Of a stretch of DNA of 64,000 bases, positions 8,665 through 17,043 are shown piece after piece. The stretch covers positions 103,291 to 167,290 of the forward strand of contig DISH01000003.1 of the NCBI GenBank assembly GCA_002421665.1. Direction: 5' to 3'. Both the position numbers and the translations under genes were made by a program. Below the pieces are notes generated by a model. It worked only from the letters and a program-made list of their open reading frames with translations, did not search any database and had not been told where the DNA came from. Source of the stretch: Candidatus Omnitrophica bacterium UBA6215 (GTDB taxonomy: Bacteria; Omnitrophota; Gorgyraeia; Pluralincolimonadales; Pluralincolimonadaceae). Position 1 is the stretch's first letter. Every line of letters starts with the position of its first letter.

Positions 8665-10447
8665 CCGTTTTATAAAAAGAAAAAGAAGGGGGGCTTTTAA
8701 ATAAGTCTTGTTTTTGATTTAAGTTGGATAATTTTTCTTCCGCAGTTTTTATTGCAGACTCATTAGAATCAATACCAATCCAACCTCGATTTAATTCTTC
8801 CGCCGCAATGAGAGTAGTGCCAGAACCGCAAAAACAATCTAAGATTAAATCTCCTTCTCTCGAAGAGCACAGGATAATCTGTTTTAACAATTCTTCATTT
8901 TTTTCTGTTGGATAAGTCTCACTAACAAATCCCGGATCTCTGAAATCCCAAATATCTTGAATCTTTTTTCCTTTATTCTCATCAGCATAGATTATTTTTC
9001 TTGGGTTATTAGTTTCTGACCATTCAATTAAACCTAATTTATCTAATCTGGTAAGCTCGGCAGGCGGATAGCGCCAGTGTCTTCCCTTAGGTGGCTTTAA
9101 TTCCTTCCAAGGCTGTCCTGTAGGGCCATTTTTAGTTTCCCCTTTTGCATGCAATGGAGTAGTAGCATAGCGTCTACCTTGCTTATCTATTTTTGGGAAT
9201 TGTTTTTCTATTTCTTCCTCAGAAAGCGTTAATCTATAATCAGACCAATACATAGGATCGTTTCCGTTGGGTTTAGATTTGGAGTAGTAATAAATAACAT
9301 CTTTTATGTTGCCATATGCTTTACGTTCAAAATTCTTAGGATTACATTTTATACGTGTTATGTCATTTCGGAAATTTTCTTCTCCAAACACTTCATCCAT
9401 AATAATTTTTATGTAATGACCTATTTTTTGATCTATATGAAGATATATACTGCCATCTTCGGATAATAATTCGCGGAGAAAAACAAGTCGTTTTCTTAGA
9501 AATTCTAGAAATTCTGTATTAATAAGCTTATCGCTGTAGGATTTTTCTTCTTCGTACCCTACAAATTCCTGTCCAGTGCCGAAGGGCGGATCTATATAAA
9601 TGAGATTAACCTTCCCTTTTATGTCTGGATCATCATAAAAATTTTTTAGTATTCCAAGATTATCACCTAGCATAAGTGCATTTTTTGTTTTAGGATTCGG
9701 ACCATACCTTTTAATAAATTTTAATTCAGCAGATGAAGTTTCAAATAAAATTTGTTCTCTTGTTTGCTTACCGGGATACAAAAGCTCACATCCACCTTTT
9801 GGCCTCTTTTCTTTTGGTATAGTATGATTAACTCGTTCTAGTGTTTCTTCTCGAATTGCAGATTTAATTACATCCGTAACTATTCCCTGAATTATCAATT
9901 CATCTGGTTTAACGAATATCGGCTGTAGCCTAGAATTTGCTGGCTGGAGTCTAATCTTACCTCTTTCCTTATAGAATTGTTTTAACGTTGCCTCTGTGTT
10001 GTTTATGAGAGCGACCACCTTCTGCCCGTTTTCAGCAGTTACCTGTTTTTTGACAAGAATAATATCTCCATCGTTAATATTTTCATCTATCATACTTTTT
10101 CCAACTACTTGTAGAGCGAAATAATTATTACCGGTTTTAATTTTATCCTGAGGAACTGCTATACTTTCTCTATCTTCGATTGCCTCAATTGGAGTACCGG
10201 CTGCTATTCGTCCCAAAAGAGGTATTTGGACTAGCTTCTGTTTCGCAAAGACATCAAGCGCTCGCGGTTGATTTTCTTCCTTTCTTAAATAGCCCATACT
10301 TTGTAAAGCTTGGACGTGATAGTGAGCTGTAGAAACAGAAGAGAGGTGAAGATGTTTTTTGATTTCTTCTAAGGAAGGGGCGAAATCATGTTTATCTATG
10401 TAGGTTCTTATAAAATCTAGTACTTGTTTTTGGCGTTTTGTAAGCAT
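8648..10447 (-). CDS. LexA-like repressor (wHTH + S24 autopeptidase) fused in frame to a beta-class N6A/N4C DNA methyltransferase
   Basis: 599 aa. Residues 1-~225 align with LexA: LTKRQKQVLDFI wHTH, IPLLGRIAAGTPIEA with an Ala-Gly cleavage site, VVGKSM catalytic Ser, TLKQF catalytic Lys. Residues ~230-599 carry methyltransferase motif IV IYIDPPFGTG followed by motif I LDCFCGSGTT (beta-class order). No stop codon lies between the two parts. Confidence 0.75.
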   Translation of the reverse strand: MLTKRQKQVLDFIRTYIDKHDFAPSLEEIKKHLHLSSVSTAHYHVQALQSMGYLRKEENQPRALDVFAKQKLVQIPLLGRIAAGTPIEAIEDRESIAVPQDKIKTGNNYFALQVVGKSMIDENINDGDIILVKKQVTAENGQKVVALINNTEATLKQFYKERGKIRLQPANSRLQPIFVKPDELIIQGIVTDVIKSAIREETLERVNHTIPKEKRPKGGCELLYPGKQTREQILFETSSAELKFIKRYGPNPKTKNALMLGDNLGILKNFYDDPDIKGKVNLIYIDPPFGTGQEFVGYEEEKSYSDKLINTEFLEFLRKRLVFLRELLSEDGSIYLHIDQKIGHYIKIIMDEVFGEENFRNDITRIKCNPKNFERKAYGNIKDVIYYYSKSKPNGNDPMYWSDYRLTLSEEEIEKQFPKIDKQGRRYATTPLHAKGETKNGPTGQPWKELKPPKGRHWRYPPAELTRLDKLGLIEWSETNNPRKIIYADENKGKKIQDIWDFRDPGFVSETYPTEKNEELLKQIILCSSREGDLILDCFCGSGTTLIAAEELNRGWIGIDSNESAIKTAEEKLSNLNQKQDLFKSPPSFSFYKTAKVLL

Positions 10448-10591
10448 TTTAGTTAATATATCTTCTCGCTTGACTTTCGATTTATTTTCGATTATACTAT
10501 ACTCGCGCTAGAAGTCAAGAAAATTCTTAGAAGTTCGTTTCTTGGCAGAGGTAACTGTAAACAACCATAGTTTTTAGGAAGGTAGATTGTT
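10448..10591. promoter_or_regulatory. Divergent promoter/operator region between the LexA-MTase and patatin genes
   Basis: Minus strand: TTGACT - 16/17 nt - TATAAT reads into lexA-MTase. Plus strand: TTGACT - 17 nt - TATACT reads into patatin. The region also has direct repeats TTTCGATT x2 and TAGAAGT x2, which are candidate operators. Confidence 0.45.
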
Positions 10592-11641
10592 ATGGATAAT
10601 TCAAGTAACGCTAGAAACGGCATAGGGTTAGCGCTATCAGGGGGTGGTAGCAGAGCTATAGCATTTCATTATGGTGTTCTTGAAGCGCTCCATGATTTTG
10701 AAATAGACAAAAAAATTAAAGTAGTGTCAGCTATCTCTGGAGGGGCCGTCATCGCTGCTTTATGGACTGTCCATTCTGATGATTGGGACTTATTTACAAA
10801 GAATATAGAGTTGGTATTGGACAAGGGGCTCGAAGGAACAATTTTTAAGAAACTAAAGCATCCGCTCGTTCTATTACAGCAGTTATTCCATTTAGGAATA
10901 GACTCTGGCTTACTTGCGGAAGCCTTGGATGAGCTAGTTTTGAATGGTAAAAAACTTAAAGAATTGCCAGAAAATCCAACCCTTATTTTAAACGCTACTG
11001 ATTTACGCACGGGTAGCAACTTTAAGTTTAGCAAATCAGTGTGTGGATCACATAAGGATGGCGGTAGCGACCTCTGTGACATGCGACTAAGCGATGCCGT
11101 AGCCTGTTCAGCCGCTTACCCGCTGTGTTTTAAGGCTAAGAAGATACGAATGGATAACGGTAAAGATGTATTTCTAACAGATGGCGGATCGTACGATTGT
11201 TTAGGGGCTAATGCATTAATGCCCGATAAAGATGAGGGAATATCAATATTGATCCAAAACTGTGAGACTATTATTACAAGCGATGCCTCGGCTCCATTTT
11301 TAGAAGACAGGAAATATTTAGGAAGGTCTATAGGTGATGCACTGTACTCGTCTTATTTAACCTGCGCTAAGAGGACACGCTCTTTGATATATAACAAAAT
11401 GTATCACCTTAAAGAAATCGGAGAGATACCCTATTTAGGTACAATCAAAATGGACAGCAAACACCCAGACGTAACCGCTAGTTGGAGTAAAGCAGATTTA
11501 GAGTTTGTAAATGGTTATAAGACTAATTTCAAGCCAGTTACTGGAAAGGCTGCCACCTATCTCAAGAAGCGCGGTAAAGAATCGGCAGAAATAATAGTAA
11601 AAAAATATTTACCACACTTAGTTACAAATAAACAGCTATAA
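10592..11641 (+). CDS. Patatin-like phospholipase
   Basis: 349 aa. Oxyanion motif LSGGGSRAIA, GxSxG nucleophile AISGGAV, catalytic Asp in LTDGGSYD. Confidence 0.85.
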   Translation: MDNSSNARNGIGLALSGGGSRAIAFHYGVLEALHDFEIDKKIKVVSAISGGAVIAALWTVHSDDWDLFTKNIELVLDKGLEGTIFKKLKHPLVLLQQLFHLGIDSGLLAEALDELVLNGKKLKELPENPTLILNATDLRTGSNFKFSKSVCGSHKDGGSDLCDMRLSDAVACSAAYPLCFKAKKIRMDNGKDVFLTDGGSYDCLGANALMPDKDEGISILIQNCETIITSDASAPFLEDRKYLGRSIGDALYSSYLTCAKRTRSLIYNKMYHLKEIGEIPYLGTIKMDSKHPDVTASWSKADLEFVNGYKTNFKPVTGKAATYLKKRGKESAEIIVKKYLPHLVTNKQL

Positions 11642-11654
11642 GGAGGAAAATAAA

Positions 11655-12737
11655 ATGGCTAACAAGGCGCAGGAGATTCTAATACCTGGTGAGGGTGTAT
11701 TTCGTACAGTATTTCTTAATGTCGGCCAAGGCGATTCTACTCTTTTAATCATTCCTGATGGAACAGGACATAAATACGTATTAACTGATTCCCATCAGGA
11801 TGATAAAAAGGGAAGCATTGATATAATTAAATTACTAGAAGATCTTCTTGAGGGACAGAAGAGAAAGCTAGATATCTACATCAATACTCATCCCCACAAA
11901 GATCATCTTGGAAAAGTCAAAGAAATGTATGAAAATAAAAAAATTGGCATAAAACAAGTTTGGCATTCCGGGCATAAACCTGGCGGTGATCACAAGGATG
12001 CATATAAAGACCTAGAATACGTTATGGAAAAGGTTGGAAAAGAAAATGTTTTTCAACTTAAAGGTAGCCGTGAAGATAACAAGTTAGATGATAAAGAAGT
12101 TAAGCTGGGAGATATAAGCTTTAATATTTTAGCACCCGCCGATTATGTTACCGATGAAATTGAAGATGAAAAACCTGAAGATAGATACCATAGGATTCAT
12201 GAGCAATGCGGAGTGATTCGATTTAAGTATGGCAAAAAAGAAAAGCAAATATTATTAACCGGCGATGCAGATTACGATGCCTGGACAAAGCATATCACCG
12301 ATTATCATAAAGACAGGCTTCCTGCACACGTCTTGAGCGCGGTTCATCATGGTTCAAATACTTTTTTTTGGAAAGGCGATCCGAAAGACGAAGATCCATA
12401 TACTGAACATTTAGATAAAATTGATCCTAAGCTTATAGTTGTTAGTGCTCCAGCGCGAAAAGATAGCCCACACGGCCATCCCGATAAGGAAGCGATGGGT
12501 CTGTATGAGGACAAGGTCGGTAAAGATAACCTCAAGCATCTAGGGGACAAGCCAAAATGCATAATAGTTGATATAGATAGTGAAGGAAATATTGATATCC
12601 AAGAAGATTATGAGCTAATTAAAGAATACCCCTCAGGGGACGACAATAAAGATGAAGATAAAGAAAATGGTGGGCAAAGTGCATCTGTGATATATAGCTC
12701 AAAGAAACAACCTTCTAAACCGTGGCTTAACGGTTAA
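11655..12737 (+). CDS. Metallo-beta-lactamase fold hydrolase, ComEC-C-terminal-like
   Basis: 360 aa. VGQGDSTLLI ... INTHPHKDHLG (HxHxDH) ... LLTGDAD motifs. Strong AAGGAGGA RBS. Starts 13 nt after the patatin stop. Confidence 0.75.
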   Translation: MANKAQEILIPGEGVFRTVFLNVGQGDSTLLIIPDGTGHKYVLTDSHQDDKKGSIDIIKLLEDLLEGQKRKLDIYINTHPHKDHLGKVKEMYENKKIGIKQVWHSGHKPGGDHKDAYKDLEYVMEKVGKENVFQLKGSREDNKLDDKEVKLGDISFNILAPADYVTDEIEDEKPEDRYHRIHEQCGVIRFKYGKKEKQILLTGDADYDAWTKHITDYHKDRLPAHVLSAVHHGSNTFFWKGDPKDEDPYTEHLDKIDPKLIVVSAPARKDSPHGHPDKEAMGLYEDKVGKDNLKHLGDKPKCIIVDIDSEGNIDIQEDYELIKEYPSGDDNKDEDKENGGQSASVIYSSKKQPSKPWLNG

Positions 12738-12738
12738 A

Positions 12739-13518
12739 ATGTGGCTGTCAGAAAATGATAAAAAATGGATAGAAACCAATTATCCAAATCTTCAAATCGT
12801 AGAAAAACAAGGGACACAAGAAGTAAGAGGACCTCTTAGTTTTTGTATGAGTTACGATAAGCATGATCAGAGTCGTGTTATCTTAACGAATAAAAATTAT
12901 AAAAGGGGTATTGTAATATGCGATAAATATGATATCGAAATTGTTTTCACAAGGGCGATTTATCTGCCAATGGTGCGTGAGACGGGGGGCCGGTTTGAAG
13001 AAATAAGACAGCAAAAGAAAATATCAGATATTCGAGATTTGCATATCTGTAAAAGTAAATGGGATGGTAAAGATGGGTGGGCATGCATGTGCTCAAGACT
13101 TGAAGAGCAAATTAGACTACCACCCGGAAGCTCGATAGATATTTTCTTTTATGAATTATTAATCCCATTTTTTTATGCACAAAGTTATTTTTCGGACTAT
13201 GGTAAATATCCGTGGGGCACCTATAGCCATGGAGCATTTGGAATAATTGAGAGCTACATGCAATTAAGGGGAGGCAAAGGAAAAGAATTTGCTAAGGCTT
13301 GTGTAACTGAACTTATGAAAGAAAAAAAGGGTAAAGGGGGCGAAGAAGCTAAAAAATGTATAGAGTTATTAAAAAGAAAGAAAATAAGAAGACACTGGCC
13401 TTGTATATGTGATAATCCAACCGAAAGATTTTATATATGTCATCCCAAAATATTTGCGGGATTGAGGAGTTTGAAAAAAGACATTAGAAAATATAATATG
13501 AAAAAATATTTGATTTAA
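12739..13518 (+). CDS. Hypothetical Cys-rich protein, third gene of the patatin/MBL cassette
   Basis: 259 aa. Starts 1 nt after the MBL stop. Cys motifs WACMCSRL, HWPCICDNP, YICHP. No confident family assignment. Confidence 0.6.
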   Translation: MWLSENDKKWIETNYPNLQIVEKQGTQEVRGPLSFCMSYDKHDQSRVILTNKNYKRGIVICDKYDIEIVFTRAIYLPMVRETGGRFEEIRQQKKISDIRDLHICKSKWDGKDGWACMCSRLEEQIRLPPGSSIDIFFYELLIPFFYAQSYFSDYGKYPWGTYSHGAFGIIESYMQLRGGKGKEFAKACVTELMKEKKGKGGEEAKKCIELLKRKKIRRHWPCICDNPTERFYICHPKIFAGLRSLKKDIRKYNMKKYLI

Positions 13519-13657
13519 TTCGAGTTAATAGATAATCAAAGAAAGATAACAATGTCAAAGATTATCGACCCCAACAAGATTAGAGTAGGCGATGTCATCC
13601 TTGTGGCCAGTGGTACAAGAGTTACCATCAACATTAAACAAAAACTCGGATAATAAA

Positions 13658-14878
13658 ATGGCAGACAATAACAAAGTTTATTCCCAGTCACGGTTAGGCT
13701 CATTTGACGATTGCAGGTTAAAATATAAGTATCATTATATCGACCATATCGAATCAGACATCAAAACCATCGAAGCCTTTCGCGGAAGCATGGTTCACAA
13801 GGTTCTCGAGGAGCTGTATAAACTCGTGAAGGCCGGTACAGTCAAGCCTCTTGAGTGGGCGGTTGGACTATATGACGATACTTGGAAGAAGAATTATCAT
13901 ACAGGAATAAAGATCGTTAAGAAAGGGGTTACCTTAGATGGTTATTATCAAAAGGGCAAAGAGGCCGTTATCAACTACTACGAGTGCTATAGCCCTTTTG
14001 ACCAGGCCAAAGTAGTCGATACCGAACGCAAGATCAGATTTACATTACGAAACGGCACGGAAGAATATGCTTTTTTAGGGATACTCGATAGGCTTGACTG
14101 GAATGATAAGGCCCAGATATTTGAAATTCACGATTACAAAACCACGTCTTCCCTCATGACCCAACAAGAGGCGGATACGGATTGGCAGCTTGGCCTCTAT
14201 CATATAGCTCTCAAGGAAAAATGGCCTGATATTAAGGATGTCAAACTCATATGGCATTCACTCCTATTTAATAAAGAGGTTATTTCATCAAGGACAGAGG
14301 TTCAGCTTGATTTGCTTCAGAAGGAAGTTATCGATGAAATAAAGAAGGTCGAAGAATGTACGGAATTTCCTCCAAAGAAAAGTGCTCTTTGCGATTGGTG
14401 CGAATATCAAGCGATGTGTCCCGCTTGGAAACATCCTAAGGCCATGGAAGAGCTCTCAGTTAACGAATACAAGAAAGACCCGGGCGTAATGCTGGTTTCA
14501 AAGTATGCAGATTTCGAAAATAAGAAAAAAGAGTTTAAAGAAAAAGTCGTTGAAATAGAACTTGAACAGAGTAAGCTTGAAGAAGCTGCGATAGAGTTTG
14601 CCGAGAAGAATAAAATCGCAATAATAGACGGCCCTGAAAATCAGCTTAAGGTCGATATAAAAGAAGAGCTAAGGGCCCCTACCAAAACAGAAGACGCGCA
14701 GTCATGGCAAGGCCTTAGAGATGCCCTTATAAAGGAAGGCAAATATAACGAAGTATCTACCGTCAATAACAACATGCTCAACTACCGCATACGCATATGG
14801 CCCAAGGAGTTTTTGAAAAAGATAGAAGCATTCCTTAAAAGACAGATAACAAAGTCAGTCAAGCTGATTAAAAAATAA
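13658..14878 (+). CDS. PD-(D/E)XK nuclease, Cas4/AddB-like with C-terminal 4-Cys cluster
   Basis: ORF 13592..14878, with the ATG at 13658 (MADNNKVYSQSRLGSF) preferred. Core motifs LDRLDW...EIHDYKTT (D..E.K) and C-terminal CDWCEYQAMCP plus an upstream Cys, a RecB/Cas4-like Fe-S arrangement. Confidence 0.65.
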   Translation: MADNNKVYSQSRLGSFDDCRLKYKYHYIDHIESDIKTIEAFRGSMVHKVLEELYKLVKAGTVKPLEWAVGLYDDTWKKNYHTGIKIVKKGVTLDGYYQKGKEAVINYYECYSPFDQAKVVDTERKIRFTLRNGTEEYAFLGILDRLDWNDKAQIFEIHDYKTTSSLMTQQEADTDWQLGLYHIALKEKWPDIKDVKLIWHSLLFNKEVISSRTEVQLDLLQKEVIDEIKKVEECTEFPPKKSALCDWCEYQAMCPAWKHPKAMEELSVNEYKKDPGVMLVSKYADFENKKKEFKEKVVEIELEQSKLEEAAIEFAEKNKIAIIDGPENQLKVDIKEELRAPTKTEDAQSWQGLRDALIKEGKYNEVSTVNNNMLNYRIRIWPKEFLKKIEAFLKRQITKSVKLIKK

Positions 14879-14965
14879 TTTTCTTGCTTTTTTTGAAGAT
14901 TAGATATATATTAATTCCGATGGCGACGAAAGTTGCCGAAAAACATAGGCTGTAAATTCAATTAA

Positions 14966-15018
14966 GGCCTGAAACTCTAATGATGCGCTAGTCAGCGCGA
15001 AAACTATAGAGTCAGGCC
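14966..15018 (+). repeat. Nested inverted repeat (compound hairpin) in the intergenic region
   Basis: Outer arms GGCCTGAAACTCTA / TAGAGTCAGGCC. Inner hairpin GCGCT-AGTC-AGCGC. Confidence 0.6.
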
Positions 15019-15055
15019 CTTTGTGTTGTAAGGGGACGCGAAGGGATCCTTCTCT

Positions 15056-15079
15056 GGAAAATTATTAAAACAATTTTCC
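15056..15079 (+). promoter_or_regulatory. Palindrome GGAAAATT-N8-AATTTTCC just upstream of the ParB-MTase start
   Basis: Perfect 8-bp inverted arms, 23 nt upstream of the ATG at 15102, between a putative promoter and the RBS GGAGGAGG. Confidence 0.4.
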
Positions 15080-15101
15080 CCTGCCATGGAGGAGGTTTCC
15101 G

Positions 15102-16367
15102 ATGGAAATCCGCAGAGTCCCTGTTTCAAAAATTAATCCCGCCTCGTATAATCCTCGCATTGACCTCAAGCCAGAAGATTCCGAATATCAAAAGCTGAAA
15201 GAAAGTATCGAAACTTTCGGATACGTAGATCCGATTGTTTGGAATGAATTGACTGGCAATCTTATTGGCGGCCACCAGCGTTTCAAAATCCTAGTTAGCC
15301 AAGAAATGAGGGAGATCGAGGTTAGTGTAGTTAGGCTATCTCTTGAAAAGGAAAAGGCTTTAAATCTCGCCTTAAATAAAGTTGTTGGCTCCTGGGATTA
15401 CGAAAAGCTATCTGCGCTTTTGGATGAATTATCAAAAATCCCCGATTTTGATATCAGCATTACCGGTTTTGGCGATTCAGAAATAAGTCAAATCTTCGAC
15501 CGTTATAGTAGCCAAAAAAATGCGGATGACTTTGATTTTGACAAAACCTTAAAAAATATCACCGTGCCAGTAACAAAACGGGGCGACATCATTAAACTTG
15601 GGCCTCATTTTGTTATGTGCGGAGATTCTGCCTGCGGAAACGATTTAAACGAGCTAATGCGGAATGAAAAGATCGATCTTGTGCATACAGATCCACCATA
15701 CGGTTGTTTATATCTTGCGCAAAATCGGCCTGATCTCGAATCCAGACCGAAAAAATCAAAGCGCTGGGAAAAGTTGTACAAGGACGACCTTAATGAAAAG
15801 GATTATGAGAAGTGGATAAAAAACGTTTTAAATAATATAAGATGTTATCTAAAGGAAGGTGCCTCGGCATATATTTGGAACGGGCATGCAAAGTTTTATT
15901 TTGTCCATCAGGTTTTAAAGGAATTGGGTTTCCACGTTTCAACCGTGATTACTTGGGCTAAACCTACCTTTGCCATTTCATACGGCAATTTTAACCAGCA
16001 GACGGAATTTTGCATTTTTTCGTGGCTTAAAAACGGTCCACACAAATGGTATGGTCCCACGAATGAAACTAATTTGTGGGAAATCAGCAGAGATAAAGCC
16101 TCTGAATTGATTCATCCGACGCAAAAAAGCGTTCAAATTCCATCGAGAGCGATCAGGAATAGCTCGATAAAAGGCGATATTATATTTGACGGGTTCCTCG
16201 GAAGCGGGTCTAGTTTAATTGCAGCAGAGAGTCTTGGGCGATGCTGTTATGGGATGGAAATAGAGCCGCGTTATGTCGACGCTATCGTCAAGCGCTACAT
16301 AGATTTTGTCGGCGCAGACAAAATTTCATCCGATATCCTTAACAAATATCGGAAGGAGGAGGCCTAA
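15102..16367 (+). CDS. ParB-like nuclease domain fused to a beta-class DNA methyltransferase (phage-type)
   Basis: 421 aa. N-terminal ParB-N-like region KINPASYNPR ... GGHQR. Methyltransferase motif IV VHTDPPYG and motif I FDGFLGSGSS. Confidence 0.75.
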   Translation: MEIRRVPVSKINPASYNPRIDLKPEDSEYQKLKESIETFGYVDPIVWNELTGNLIGGHQRFKILVSQEMREIEVSVVRLSLEKEKALNLALNKVVGSWDYEKLSALLDELSKIPDFDISITGFGDSEISQIFDRYSSQKNADDFDFDKTLKNITVPVTKRGDIIKLGPHFVMCGDSACGNDLNELMRNEKIDLVHTDPPYGCLYLAQNRPDLESRPKKSKRWEKLYKDDLNEKDYEKWIKNVLNNIRCYLKEGASAYIWNGHAKFYFVHQVLKELGFHVSTVITWAKPTFAISYGNFNQQTEFCIFSWLKNGPHKWYGPTNETNLWEISRDKASELIHPTQKSVQIPSRAIRNSSIKGDIIFDGFLGSGSSLIAAESLGRCCYGMEIEPRYVDAIVKRYIDFVGADKISSDILNKYRKEEA

Positions 16368-16368
16368 C

Positions 16369-17043
16369 ATGGAATCATCTAAATCCGATAACTCGAATAA
16401 ACCGGCAGTCCAACTGCTCAAGGAGATTGATTCATGCCAGACCGATCCAAGCTTGTTTGATAAGCCGGATCGCCAAAAATGCGTTGAACTCTTGATTTTG
16501 GAAGGTTACAGCTATGCACACATGGCACAGGTACTGAAGTGTTCCGAGAAGACCATTTCCCGAGACATGAAGGAGATTCGTGAGCGAAATGCGATCTCGC
16601 CTAATGTGCAATTCGCCAAAGAATTCATAGGCGATGTGTTCAGGAAGGCGATGAGCCAGCACGATCATCTCGTCCGCTTATCCCGCATGAAGGAGACTCC
16701 CGTAGCCGAGAGAATCCAGGCCACGTTTATGGCATGGAGGATATTGAAGGAACTCACTGAAAGATGCCAGTCTTTAGGTTATTTGCCTTTGCAGCCGCAG
16801 AAGGTCATTGGCGACATCTTTCACCATGTAGAAGAGTCCTCCGAGGCGTCATTCGAAGACATCCGAAAGACCATAAACGAGATCGAGACCATAACAAAAG
16901 AAACAGGAGGCGAGACACCGCAGTTTGCATCTGAGATAACTCAGTTGAAAGCACGACTTGAGAAGGCCCAGCTCGAATACGAGGCAAACAAACTTCTGGA
17001 AGCTCAATTCAAGAAGGAAAAAGACGATGGACCCGAAAATTAA
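16369..17043 (+). CDS. Terminase small subunit-like HTH protein
   Basis: ORF 16306..17043, with the ATG at 16369 preferred because it follows RBS GGAAGGAGGAGG and does not overlap the upstream gene. HTH segment YSYAHMAQVLKCSEKTISRDMKEIR. Position immediately upstream of TerL. Confidence 0.55.
   Translation: MESSKSDNSNKPAVQLLKEIDSCQTDPSLFDKPDRQKCVELLILEGYSYAHMAQVLKCSEKTISRDMKEIRERNAISPNVQFAKEFIGDVFRKAMSQHDHLVRLSRMKETPVAERIQATFMAWRILKELTERCQSLGYLPLQPQKVIGDIFHHVEESSEASFEDIRKTINEIETITKETGGETPQFASEITQLKARLEKAQLEYEANKLLEAQFKKEKDDGPEN

Noticed and set aside
16306-16368. Upstream start (16306) for the TerS-like gene
   Set aside because: It would overlap the ParB-MTase gene by 62 nt. The ATG at 16369 follows a strong GGAAGGAGGAGG RBS and directly abuts the upstream stop.
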